From the NCBI GenBank assembly GCA_013152435.1, contig JAADGJ010000010.1:13911-77910 (forward strand): DNA of 64,000 nucleotides. The letters are read 5' to 3'. The notes under the pieces are model-generated. The model was not told the DNA's origin. It saw only the letters and a program-made list of their open reading frames with translations, and searched no databases. Below are positions 19,015-28,080 of the stretch, piece by piece (position 1 is the first letter of the stretch; the number at the start of each line of letters is the position of its first letter). Position numbers and translations under genes: made by a program. The DNA is from Chloroflexota bacterium (GTDB lineage: Bacteria > Chloroflexota > Anaerolineae > DUEN01).

Positions 19015-22000
19015 TCAGGGTGCCCCCAGGGGCAGTTCCCTGAGCATGGTCGGGAAGAAGGTCTGACGGTTGACATAGATATCGATGGCGTCGGAGGCGT
19101 GATTGCCGTCGTCATCGGTAACGGCGACGGTGATCCGGTGTCGCCCTAGGCTCAGTTGCGACGCCAGGATCTCCTGGCCGATGCCCAGATCCCCGTCACG
19201 ATCGGAGTGCCAGCTGTACGCCTCATCGGGCAGCGCCCCGTCCTCAGCGTCGTATCCGATCGCGCTGAGGAGGACCGAGGAGCCCAGGAACATCCCGGCC
19301 CCATCCTGAGGGGCCAGGATGGACACCCTGGGGGGCTTGGCTGGCACGGTGAACGGGCCGGTCATATCCTCCGCCGTGTTCACGCCATCGGTGATTCGGA
19401 CGCGCAACATCCCCTGCTGCGTCTCGGGCCACAGCGAGGTGTCCAACTCCACCTGCGTCTCCTTGATATCGATGGCAAGCGGCTCCCATGTCTCGCCGGC
19501 GTCGGCGCTGAAGTACACCGTGGCCGTGAGCGCATCACCGTCCGGGTCGGCCGTTTCCCAGGAGAGGGTGAGGGTGTCGGGCACGATATCTGGCACCGGA
19601 TCGAGGGTTACCGTCGGGGGATTGGGGCTGGCGGTCGTGGAGGTCAGCTCAGCGCCCTGATGGGCGATGACGATGCGGGTTGTGCGCGCGTCATAAGGCA
19701 CCCACACGGCGAAGGGTAGAGGGGCATCTTCGGTGTCGACCCCCGGTAGTGGGGTGAACGGCTGCTCGGCCAATACGGTGCCGTCGGCGGCCAGCAATCG
19801 AACGGCGTACTCGCCCTCCGATTCCCCCCAGGCCATGGCGCTCACCTCGGATGCCGGTAAACGCATCATGGGCAGCAGGGTGATCTGCTCAGTCCTCTGA
19901 TCTATCGCGCCCACCACCTCCAGGTATTCACCCTCTTGGGACGCAGGCTGCAACGGGGCGGGGGAGGGGGTGCCGCCTTGGAGGCGTTTCTTCAGCTTGC
20001 GAAAGGTGTAATCCGATATCCATCGGTTGAGCTGATAGGTCATAATGTCGGCGAAGACGGTCGGGTTCTTGATGAGAGGCGGGGAGAAGCCCGTGTCTAG
20101 CCCATAGTAATCCCGCTCGCCGCCCCGGCTCAGTTGGGTCCCGGGATAGGGATAAGGCTCATAAGGCCCCGCGGTGAGGCCATCGCTCACATGATGCATC
20201 CCCAGACAATGGGCGATCTCATGAGCAAAAGTGCCCCCTGTTCTCTCCGGGTCCTTTGGATGCACTTTGACCCAGCCGACGCGCCACTTGTCACTACAGA
20301 ACCCGTTGAACTTCCGGGTGTTCGTGGAATCCCGAACTACGGCCAGGGCGACGGTGTTCGGCCCCTTCACCAGGCTGCGCAGACGGATCAGTTGGGCCTG
20401 CATGACGCCCACGGTTCTGCCGAATTGGATCCAGGTTCGGTGGGGGTGCAGGGTGATCCTGCTGAGCGGGTACATGCGTTGGGCCACCAGGTGAATATGC
20501 TTATAGTCATTGTAGGAAAGCCCGTTCGTCTCCTGACAGTTGGTGGTGCAGCCGTCGCGCACCTGCACGATCTTAATATCCAGGGGCGGCGATGGTTCGA
20601 CTGTCATCGTGACGGTCCTGGTGTTGTTGTGCGAGGCCGGATCGCTGGTGCAGGGTGCGTCCACCTGTGCGGTGATCTCCAGGGTTCCCGACCTGGCCAC
20701 CCAGGACGGCGGAATCGGGCAGTAGAGGCCGCCGGTGATTGTATTGTTGCGGGCATATTTCTCACTTCCAGGATAAAACCGGATGACAGGGCTGTTGGCA
20801 CAAGGGACAGGGGCTGTTCCCAGAGAGACCCCATCTCGCTTCGCCCGTAGCCACCCACGCGTGGAGACGGTAACCTTGCGATCGCCCTTCGTATACAACC
20901 GCACATAGGTTCGCTTACCCGCGATCAGGGGTACATCGTTGTCCAGGTTCTGGATGCTCTGCGTCACCTCCATGTCGATGAGCTGAAGGTCCAGGACGGT
21001 GGGCCGGGGGACATATGCGGAGGGCGGGCATACCACCGGCGTCGGCGTCAGCGTTGGTGTGGGCGTTGGAGTCGGCGTCCACGTGGGCGTCGGGGTCGAG
21101 GTTGGCGTCGGGGTCGAGGTTGGCGTTGAGGTGGGCGTGGGCGTGGCCGAGTTGACGCGTGCGCTGAGACGATAGCGGTGAATGATGTCCCCGTCGACCT
21201 GGGGGCCGACCTCCAGGTAGAAATAGTCGCTCTTGGTAGGGAAGGTGTCGATCCGCAGGGTGTTGTTGATGGGAACTGTGGCGCAGTTCAGGCGGTTCCC
21301 GGTGCTCATATCCACCAGGCAGAGGAACATTTGGCCCTGGGAAGAGGTGTATGTCACCTCGGCGATCAGCCGATCCCCTTGATCCGCCTGCAAAACGAAC
21401 CAGTCCCGGTCACCGGGGGGACAGATGCTGAGGTTATCGTGCTCCTCGGTGTGATCGCGGGTGTTCCTCAATTCCCACGCCTTATAGTAGGGATCGTTGG
21501 GCTCCAGCCGATCCATCTGACAGTTGAACACCTGGGCCAGGATGGTATACGGCCTGCTCGTGTCGAAGTACCGGCCCTTTCCCGTGACCTGAACGTACCA
21601 GGTGCCGCTGCGGTCGGCGGTGAACCGGGCGAGCTCATCCGGGGTGCCGCTCAGGACCGAGGAGGTGGCCCGGGTCCGATCCGGGCGGTACAGGAAGAGA
21701 TCATAGTCCTGAGGCAGATCGTAAAGTTGGACTTTCATGGTCTGGCTGATGCTGATGGATGGGAGCAGCCAGTAGTCCTGATCGGCGACGGCACAAATAT
21801 AGCTGACCGTGGGAGCGTCCACGATGGACCAGAAGGCCTCGTCAAAGGTGTCGTTGGGCTCCCAGGGATCGGGACACCCGGGATAGCGCGGCGTAGCCGT
21901 TGGCGTCGGGGTGGGCGTAGGCGTGGCCGTGGCCAGATTCGTCCCGCATGCGGTCAGGCGCACGTTATCCAGGAAGAACCGGGTGAGGTTCTGGGCGTTG

Positions 22001-22941
22001 GTCGTGGCTGTGAAGCGGAGGGTATCAAAGCCGCTCAGGTACGGGGTCAGATCCGTTGAAAAGCTACCCTGTCCCGGATCGCCGATATGTCGCGTGATCT
22101 GGGTGAACTGGCCGGTAGAGCCGTTCTCGAGGACGACATCCAATGTGTCTCCGGCATCACTGGGGCCGTCTATCAGGAGGTCATACGTCAGCGTCAGGCG
22201 GGTGGTGTTGAGCGGCAGGGTAAAGGTCTGCCTCAGGTGGCTGGTCTGGCTATCTCCGTGGCTGAGCAGCGCACTGTATACCCCATCGCTGGCCCATTCT
22301 GCGGTGATGGGATCCGGGATATCGGCGGTGCTGGTCCACTGCCACGCGAGCAGCCCGACCTCAAAGGAGCCATTCGTCAGGATCTGGGTGCACGTCTCGC
22401 CGGGGCCGGATGTGGGTGTGGGTGTGGGGGTAGGGGTAGGGGTATCCGTGGCCTGGCTCGCGGCTGTAACGCGAAGGGTGTAAGGGTTGACGAGCTCTCC
22501 TTCGGTGCCATGGACGAGGGCGTAGTGGGTGCCGCTCTCCTGAGCCGTGTAGATGATTTGCTCCGGTGTGTCACCCGGATTCGTGGAGCTGGCGATGAGC
22601 GTCTCCCCTGGGTCGTACAGATCCAGATCGCTGTTCAGCTCCATGTTGTATAGATCGATCACCACCTGCTGGCCGGCGTCGAGATAGAAGCGGTAATAGT
22701 CGAGGTCGTCGGAGTTGCAGACGTAGGCGGCGTACTCCGCGTCGAATTCCACGTCGGTCGCCTGGGTGAACCAATCGTTGGGCTCGTAGGGATCGGGACA
22801 CTCCGAGGGCAGGGCAATGTTGGCGGCGCCACGGTACCCGAAAGCCGGTACCTGATGACCCCCGTTCAGGGCGATCATGATGAACACCAGCATCGAGAGC
22901 GGGATGATCATCATGATATGGGATAACGCCCGCTGTGCCAT
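19015..22941 (-). CDS. Secreted protein: 3x PPC-like, CBM-like domain, PT linkers, zinc-metallopeptidase-like domain
   Basis: Start MAQRALS with GGGAGG RBS; HEIAHCLGMHH and DIMTY; C-terminal half homologous to 10829-15961; ends TFFPTMLR. Confidence 0.83.
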   Translation of the reverse strand: MAQRALSHIMMIIPLSMLVFIMIALNGGHQVPAFGYRGAANIALPSECPDPYEPNDWFTQATDVEFDAEYAAYVCNSDDLDYYRFYLDAGQQVVIDLYNMELNSDLDLYDPGETLIASSTNPGDTPEQIIYTAQESGTHYALVHGTEGELVNPYTLRVTAASQATDTPTPTPTPTPTSGPGETCTQILTNGSFEVGLLAWQWTSTADIPDPITAEWASDGVYSALLSHGDSQTSHLRQTFTLPLNTTRLTLTYDLLIDGPSDAGDTLDVVLENGSTGQFTQITRHIGDPGQGSFSTDLTPYLSGFDTLRFTATTNAQNLTRFFLDNVRLTACGTNLATATPTPTPTPTATPRYPGCPDPWEPNDTFDEAFWSIVDAPTVSYICAVADQDYWLLPSISISQTMKVQLYDLPQDYDLFLYRPDRTRATSSVLSGTPDELARFTADRSGTWYVQVTGKGRYFDTSRPYTILAQVFNCQMDRLEPNDPYYKAWELRNTRDHTEEHDNLSICPPGDRDWFVLQADQGDRLIAEVTYTSSQGQMFLCLVDMSTGNRLNCATVPINNTLRIDTFPTKSDYFYLEVGPQVDGDIIHRYRLSARVNSATPTPTSTPTSTPTPTSTPTPTWTPTPTPTPTLTPTPVVCPPSAYVPRPTVLDLQLIDMEVTQSIQNLDNDVPLIAGKRTYVRLYTKGDRKVTVSTRGWLRAKRDGVSLGTAPVPCANSPVIRFYPGSEKYARNNTITGGLYCPIPPSWVARSGTLEITAQVDAPCTSDPASHNNTRTVTMTVEPSPPLDIKIVQVRDGCTTNCQETNGLSYNDYKHIHLVAQRMYPLSRITLHPHRTWIQFGRTVGVMQAQLIRLRSLVKGPNTVALAVVRDSTNTRKFNGFCSDKWRVGWVKVHPKDPERTGGTFAHEIAHCLGMHHVSDGLTAGPYEPYPYPGTQLSRGGERDYYGLDTGFSPPLIKNPTVFADIMTYQLNRWISDYTFRKLKKRLQGGTPSPAPLQPASQEGEYLEVVGAIDQRTEQITLLPMMRLPASEVSAMAWGESEGEYAVRLLAADGTVLAEQPFTPLPGVDTEDAPLPFAVWVPYDARTTRIVIAHQGAELTSTTASPNPPTVTLDPVPDIVPDTLTLSWETADPDGDALTATVYFSADAGETWEPLAIDIKETQVELDTSLWPETQQGMLRVRITDGVNTAEDMTGPFTVPAKPPRVSILAPQDGAGMFLGSSVLLSAIGYDAEDGALPDEAYSWHSDRDGDLGIGQEILASQLSLGRHRITVAVTDDDGNHASDAIDIYVNRQTFFPTMLRELPLGAP

Positions 22942-22955
22942 AATGTCCCTCCCCG

Positions 22956-24017
22956 CTACATGTGCAGGAGCACCGGCAGGTAGATCTTGATGTGGCCTGG
23001 CATCCCCGTTGGTGTGGGCGTCGGCGTCACGATGGCCAGGCGGAGGGCGTAGGGAGTGGCGCTCCACGCGTTTTGAGGGGCGAAAACGCCAGCGATGTAG
23101 TTGTTCCAGCTGGGAACATAGTGCTCCACATGCTCGGGTGTGGTGGCAGGCTGCCTCGATGCGGCTACCGGGGTGGCCTTCCCAGGCTCCCAGAGGAGGA
23201 GATCATAATTCTCAGGCAGGTTGGTTAGATCCAGGATCACGACGTTCCCGCCGGTCACATAGAAGCTGTAGTAATCCTCGTCTCCCTGAGGACAGATGTA
23301 TGCCTGAATCTGCCCCGGCGAGATGGGCGCCGCGTTAAACCCATCGTCATTGGGTTCATAGGCGTCGGGCGGACATATCGACGTAGGCGTGAGCGTGGGA
23401 GTTGGTGTGGGCGTGGGCGTGCTCGTCGGCGTGGGAGTTGGCGTTGATGTGGGCGTGTTCGTCGCTGTCGGGGTCGGCGTCGGCGTCGGTGTGAGCACCG
23501 CCACCTGTAGCGTATAGGGATTCACGCTCCACACACCACCATAACCGAAGACGTTCGCCCGGTATCCCCCGGTTTGGGAGGCTACATGCTCGATGTGCTC
23601 GGAGGTGGTGCCGGTGTTCTGGGAACGGGCGGTCAGATATCCTGAGGGGTCCCAGAGAAAGAGATCGAAGTCATCCGGCAAATTGGTTAGATCCAGTCGA
23701 ATCGTATCCCCGGCGGTAACGGAGAACTGAAAATAATCCTCGTCTCCCTGAGGGCAGATGACCGCCTCCCATAATCCTGGGGAGATCGAGTAAGCCGTGC
23801 TGAAGGTGTCGTTGGGCTCAAAGGGATCGTAGGGGCAGTCCTGAGTCTGGAACGCCGGGGCCGGGGCGGGCGCTCGCAGGGGATCCGAAAGGGTCGATCC
23901 TGCCGAGCGTCCGGAGAGCATGATCCAGAGCGGGAAGAGGAGAAGCAAAGGGATCAGCGAGTGCCCGGATTTCAAAATCGGATTCCGTGATATGGGGTGC
24001 TGACGTGGAGGTGCCAT
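22956..24017 (-). CDS. Secreted protein with two PPC-like domains and PT linkers
   Basis: Start MAPPRQ with AGGAGAG RBS; CPYDPFEPND / CPPDAYEPND; ICPQGDEDY twice; ends IYLPVLLHM. Confidence 0.8.
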   Translation of the reverse strand: MAPPRQHPISRNPILKSGHSLIPLLLLFPLWIMLSGRSAGSTLSDPLRAPAPAPAFQTQDCPYDPFEPNDTFSTAYSISPGLWEAVICPQGDEDYFQFSVTAGDTIRLDLTNLPDDFDLFLWDPSGYLTARSQNTGTTSEHIEHVASQTGGYRANVFGYGGVWSVNPYTLQVAVLTPTPTPTPTATNTPTSTPTPTPTSTPTPTPTPTLTPTSICPPDAYEPNDDGFNAAPISPGQIQAYICPQGDEDYYSFYVTGGNVVILDLTNLPENYDLLLWEPGKATPVAASRQPATTPEHVEHYVPSWNNYIAGVFAPQNAWSATPYALRLAIVTPTPTPTGMPGHIKIYLPVLLHM

Positions 24018-24046
24018 GATCCCTCTCCTTATCTTCAGAGGTGGAG

Positions 24047-25876
24047 CTATCTCATGACATGCGGGATATAGATCTTCCGAGCTCCATTGGATCCAGATGC
24101 GTCCGTTCCCCAATCCGGGTATGCCGCGCGGCCGTCGGTGGTGACGGGCCACAGCTCCACCGGGTTCTCCAGGTTGAGAATCCACAGATCGCGCCCGTTG
24201 ACCGTGCGGCGATCGAACATGAGATACTTCCCATCGGGAGAGACCGTGGGTGAATGCACGGGATCGGCGAGGAGCTGTTCCGTGTATCGATATAGGTTCA
24301 GCTGGGTCAGCGGCTGTACCTGCCCGGTGGAGAATCGATACAGGTAGAAGTTAAGCCCGTCCGTGTAAACGAAGCCGGAGCCATCCGGCAGCCAGGCCAG
24401 TTCCTGGGTGGAGATCCCGGTGCTCACCGCGTTCACCAGCAGGGTGCCCTGGCCGCCGCCCTCCGTGGTTTGGTAGATCCCCGCGTATGAGGCGTAGAGC
24501 AGGGTGCCGTCCCCCTGGGGAGACCAGGAGAAATCGCTCACCCCTCGGGCGTTGGTGGTGAAGGGATCCCCCAGCAGCCCGCCCAGGGTCACCGTCTGGG
24601 CCACGCCGTTGACCGAGAAGCCGATGAGCGCTCCATCCGGCCTCCAGGAGGGATTGCTGGGCTCGATGGCCTGGCAATCATCGGGGACGAAGTTCAGCGT
24701 GCCCACGCTCGTCGTCTTGCCTGCGCGCACGTCCACCATCCCCCCGGCGAAGGTATACAGCCCCTGGCTGCATTTGCTGTCCATCCAGATGAGGACGATG
24801 TACTGCAACGTGCCCGACCCCAGGTCTGCCACATTGGGGACGACGAAGGAGGCCGTGCTGTTGGGGCCGAGGGGGCCGAGCGCGATGGGTGTAGCCGCTC
24901 CCTGCACGTAGATTGAGGCGGCGGTGATCTGCCGGTTGCTGTTGTTGTGGACGACGCCGCTCACCGTGCCTCGGCCATAGCCGCCGCTTTGCATGTCCGC
25001 GTGGGAGGGTGGGTTGGTCACACGGCGCACACGTCCATCGCTCACACGAACGCGATATACATCCACGTGGAAGCGGGAGTAACCCGCCTCGTGATCGCTG
25101 GTGAACGCGATCTCCGAGCCGCCTGGTCTCCAGGCCAGGCCGAAGATCTTTCCCTTGCCGGCGACGGGATATGTCCAGAGGACGTGGCGGTTGCTGCCGT
25201 CGGGGTTCATCCAGCCGATGGTGTAGCGCCCGCTGTGATCCACCCCCCGGTAGGCGACGCGCCCGCTCAGCTGTGGATACACCATCTCACCGCTGAGTTT
25301 GAGGGATACATTGTCCACATAGGCCTGGAACGCGTCGTGTTGGTTGAGGACCAGTTGGATGAGGAGATAGACGCGCTGTTTGGCCTGGTGCGCGGCCTGA
25401 ATCGCGGCCACCTCGCCGTCGCTCAGAGTGTGTTGGAAACGCTGCCAGCCTGTGTCGCCGGTCACTACGGGGGTCACCTGCCAGGAGGTGATCTCGGTGG
25501 CCTGGGTGCCGTCGTGCTTGATGAAGCCGGCGACGAGCCGGCCGCCATAGGCGCCATAAGTGCCGGGCACCATACGATAGTCGAAGGAGACGGTAGCCGC
25601 GGTGGTGCGGGTGGGCAGGTAGATCTCCTGCCAAGCGCTCGCCGGCCCTCGGCTCAAAAAGGTCTTGAGGACGAGGACCGGGTCGGTGCCCACCCCTACG
25701 CTCTCCGTGGTGGTCACCTCGTTCCATCCCCAATCGTCCAGCCGGGCGTCAAAGGTGCCGTTGCGGATGAACTCGCGGTTGGTGAACGTCTCCCCGCCCG
25801 CGGCGAACGCTTGCATCGGCGTGACAATCGTGCTCATGATCAGGCACAAAAGCGCCCACGGGATGTATCTTTGCAT
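24047..25876 (-). CDS. Secreted protein: CBM-like N-domain plus TolB/PD40-like beta-propeller with an inserted Ig-like domain
   Basis: Signal peptide (AFA); IRNGTFD; WRPGG, WRPDG, WSPQG, WLPDG, VSPDG blades; ends IYIPHVMR. Confidence 0.8.
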   Translation of the reverse strand: MQRYIPWALLCLIMSTIVTPMQAFAAGGETFTNREFIRNGTFDARLDDWGWNEVTTTESVGVGTDPVLVLKTFLSRGPASAWQEIYLPTRTTAATVSFDYRMVPGTYGAYGGRLVAGFIKHDGTQATEITSWQVTPVVTGDTGWQRFQHTLSDGEVAAIQAAHQAKQRVYLLIQLVLNQHDAFQAYVDNVSLKLSGEMVYPQLSGRVAYRGVDHSGRYTIGWMNPDGSNRHVLWTYPVAGKGKIFGLAWRPGGSEIAFTSDHEAGYSRFHVDVYRVRVSDGRVRRVTNPPSHADMQSGGYGRGTVSGVVHNNSNRQITAASIYVQGAATPIALGPLGPNSTASFVVPNVADLGSGTLQYIVLIWMDSKCSQGLYTFAGGMVDVRAGKTTSVGTLNFVPDDCQAIEPSNPSWRPDGALIGFSVNGVAQTVTLGGLLGDPFTTNARGVSDFSWSPQGDGTLLYASYAGIYQTTEGGGQGTLLVNAVSTGISTQELAWLPDGSGFVYTDGLNFYLYRFSTGQVQPLTQLNLYRYTEQLLADPVHSPTVSPDGKYLMFDRRTVNGRDLWILNLENPVELWPVTTDGRAAYPDWGTDASGSNGARKIYIPHVMR

Positions 25877-25919
25877 AGACGGATTCTCCTAGGGTCGCTG
25901 CAAGAAAGCGACAGAACCG

Positions 25920-27950
25920 TTATTGCCGCCGTATGATGGGCAGATAGATGTGCCGCGAAGGCGTCGGGGGGGCGGCTCCGCCGCTCAGCGCGATCGTAAG
26001 GGAGTAGGTCTGGTTGGCGCTGAAACCTGCGTAGGAAGTGACCGTGACGTAATAGAAGCCGCTCCCGGTCGCCACGTGTTCAATACGCTCGTCAGCATTG
26101 CCCGAGTTGGTAGAGGTGGCCACCTGGTTCTGACCAGGATCGCTCAGCCACAGATCGTAATCCGTGTTGGCGGGGATGTTCGTCAGGTCGATGATGATGC
26201 GCTGGCCCGCACTCGCGTTGAATTTGAAGTAATCGATGTCCTGATCGGAGCAAATGGCTGCTCGCAGGGTGGTTCCGGGCGTGATGCTGCGGGCCTGGCT
26301 GAAGTTGTCGTTGGGCTCGTAGGCGTCCGCACAGGCGAGCCTGGGCAAGACCGCCAGAACGGAGCCAAAGCTATCCCATTCTTCGGCTTGGTCTTCGATG
26401 CCATGGCTGTCTTGCGTCCACCACTGATTGTTTTGTGCGGTCAGGCCCTGAGTTGAGCCGTAGATGACCTGCACGGCTCCCGCGTTCTGGGTGTTGCCCA
26501 GATCTTCATAAGGGACGCCAACTGCGAGATCATCGTAGCCATCCCAATTGAAATCGCCCGCGGCCAGGGATTGCCCGAAGCTGTCGTTCGCCTTGGCCCC
26601 GTCGTTGTTCAGGCCGGGGGAGCCCTGATACCATAGCTGGGAACCGGAATCTGTCAGCCCTTGGTCGGTGCCGTAGATGATGATCACAGCTCCCGTATCG
26701 TTCACACTATTCATTTCTTCGTCGCGGACGCCTACGGCCAGGTCGTCGTATCCATCGCCGTCGAAATCGCCCGCGGCCAGGGCATAGCCGAATTCTTCAT
26801 CCTCTTCCGCGCGGTCCGGCAAATTGCCCGTGTCCTGCGTCCACCGCTGGTCGGGTGTGGCGAGGCCCTTGCTTGAGCCGTAGAGGACGTGCACAACGCC
26901 GGCTTCGCTCACCTTCCCGGCATCTTCGTTATGCGCTCCGATGGCCAGGTCGTCGTATCCATCGCCATCGAAATCACCCACGGCCAACGCCTCGCCGAAA
27001 TCGACATCCTCCTTCGGCTGGCCTGAGATGCCGTTATCGCTTTGATTGAACAGTTGATTACCTGTGGCCGTAAGCCCCTGTGCAGAGCCATATATCACCT
27101 GCACTGCGCCGGCGTTGGGCTCGCCCGTCACTTCCTCACCACGAATACCGATCGCCAGGTCGGCATACCCATCACCATTGAAGTCGCCAGAGGCCAGAGC
27201 GTCGCCGAAGAAGTCCCCATCACTGGCCTCCCCCAACATGCCGGGACTATCCTGATGCCACATCTGGTTGCCTGTGGCGGTCAGACCCTGGGCCGACCCG
27301 TAGAGGATGTGCACCACCCCCAGTGCGTCGGCGTTGTCGGCCTGGAAGCCCTCCGATGGATTGCTGATGGCCAGGTCCGTGTAGCCATCGCCATTGAAAT
27401 CGCCCGCGGCCAGGGCTTCACCGAAACTGTCGTAGTCTTCGACGCTATCGAGCACGCCCGGCGAGTTCTGGTCCCAAAGCTCACTGCGTTGCCCCACGCC
27501 GGTGGCTGATCCGTACAGGACGATGACCGCGCCGCCCTTCTTGCCCCCGGCTGGGGTCTCTCCATAGGCGCCGATGGCCAAATCAGGATAGCCATCGCCA
27601 TTGAAATCGCCCGCGGCCAGGGCGTTGCCGAAGAAGTCCCCTTTTTCCGCGTTCTCGGGGATGCCGGGGCTATCCTGGGTCCAGAATTGGCTGCCGGTGG
27701 CCGTGAGACCGGCGTTGGATCCGGGAATGGCATGAACGGCCCCGGCCATACTGACGTTGCCGACGGCCTCAGAGTCCACACCCACCACCAGGCCGTCCTG
27801 GAAGGTAAATCGGGGTGCGTTCGTTGCAACAGGCTGAGTCGGAGAGAGGAGAGTGCTACCGACCGCCACGCGCGCACCGAAGATCAGGATCACCATGCAG
27901 AGGGTGACCGAGACAGCGCCGATAAAGTGAATCCGTCCTTTTCGTGTCAT
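25920..27950 (-). CDS. Secreted FG-GAP (integrin-alpha-like) repeat protein with a C-terminal PPC-like domain
   Basis: Six FGxALAxGDFxxDGYxDLAxG-type repeats; CADAYEPND; ends IYLPIIRRQ; start MTRKGR behind GGAGG. Confidence 0.88.
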   Translation of the reverse strand: MTRKGRIHFIGAVSVTLCMVILIFGARVAVGSTLLSPTQPVATNAPRFTFQDGLVVGVDSEAVGNVSMAGAVHAIPGSNAGLTATGSQFWTQDSPGIPENAEKGDFFGNALAAGDFNGDGYPDLAIGAYGETPAGGKKGGAVIVLYGSATGVGQRSELWDQNSPGVLDSVEDYDSFGEALAAGDFNGDGYTDLAISNPSEGFQADNADALGVVHILYGSAQGLTATGNQMWHQDSPGMLGEASDGDFFGDALASGDFNGDGYADLAIGIRGEEVTGEPNAGAVQVIYGSAQGLTATGNQLFNQSDNGISGQPKEDVDFGEALAVGDFDGDGYDDLAIGAHNEDAGKVSEAGVVHVLYGSSKGLATPDQRWTQDTGNLPDRAEEDEEFGYALAAGDFDGDGYDDLAVGVRDEEMNSVNDTGAVIIIYGTDQGLTDSGSQLWYQGSPGLNNDGAKANDSFGQSLAAGDFNWDGYDDLAVGVPYEDLGNTQNAGAVQVIYGSTQGLTAQNNQWWTQDSHGIEDQAEEWDSFGSVLAVLPRLACADAYEPNDNFSQARSITPGTTLRAAICSDQDIDYFKFNASAGQRIIIDLTNIPANTDYDLWLSDPGQNQVATSTNSGNADERIEHVATGSGFYYVTVTSYAGFSANQTYSLTIALSGGAAPPTPSRHIYLPIIRRQ

Positions 27951-28080
27951 CTTGCCTCCCTGCCTTGAAAACAGGTTCTCCGACCGATTCTCGTGGTTCA
28001 CGGCGTCCCGTTAGGGGCACGGTGACTGTCATCAAAAGAGATGCCTTTCCCTTGCTCTTGCCGTCTACCGTCTGCCGGAT

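Noticed and set aside
26400..27700. Recurring TGAAATCGCCCGCGGCCAGGG at roughly 190-200 bp multiples
   Set aside because: These are FG-GAP protein repeats within a CDS, not a DNA array
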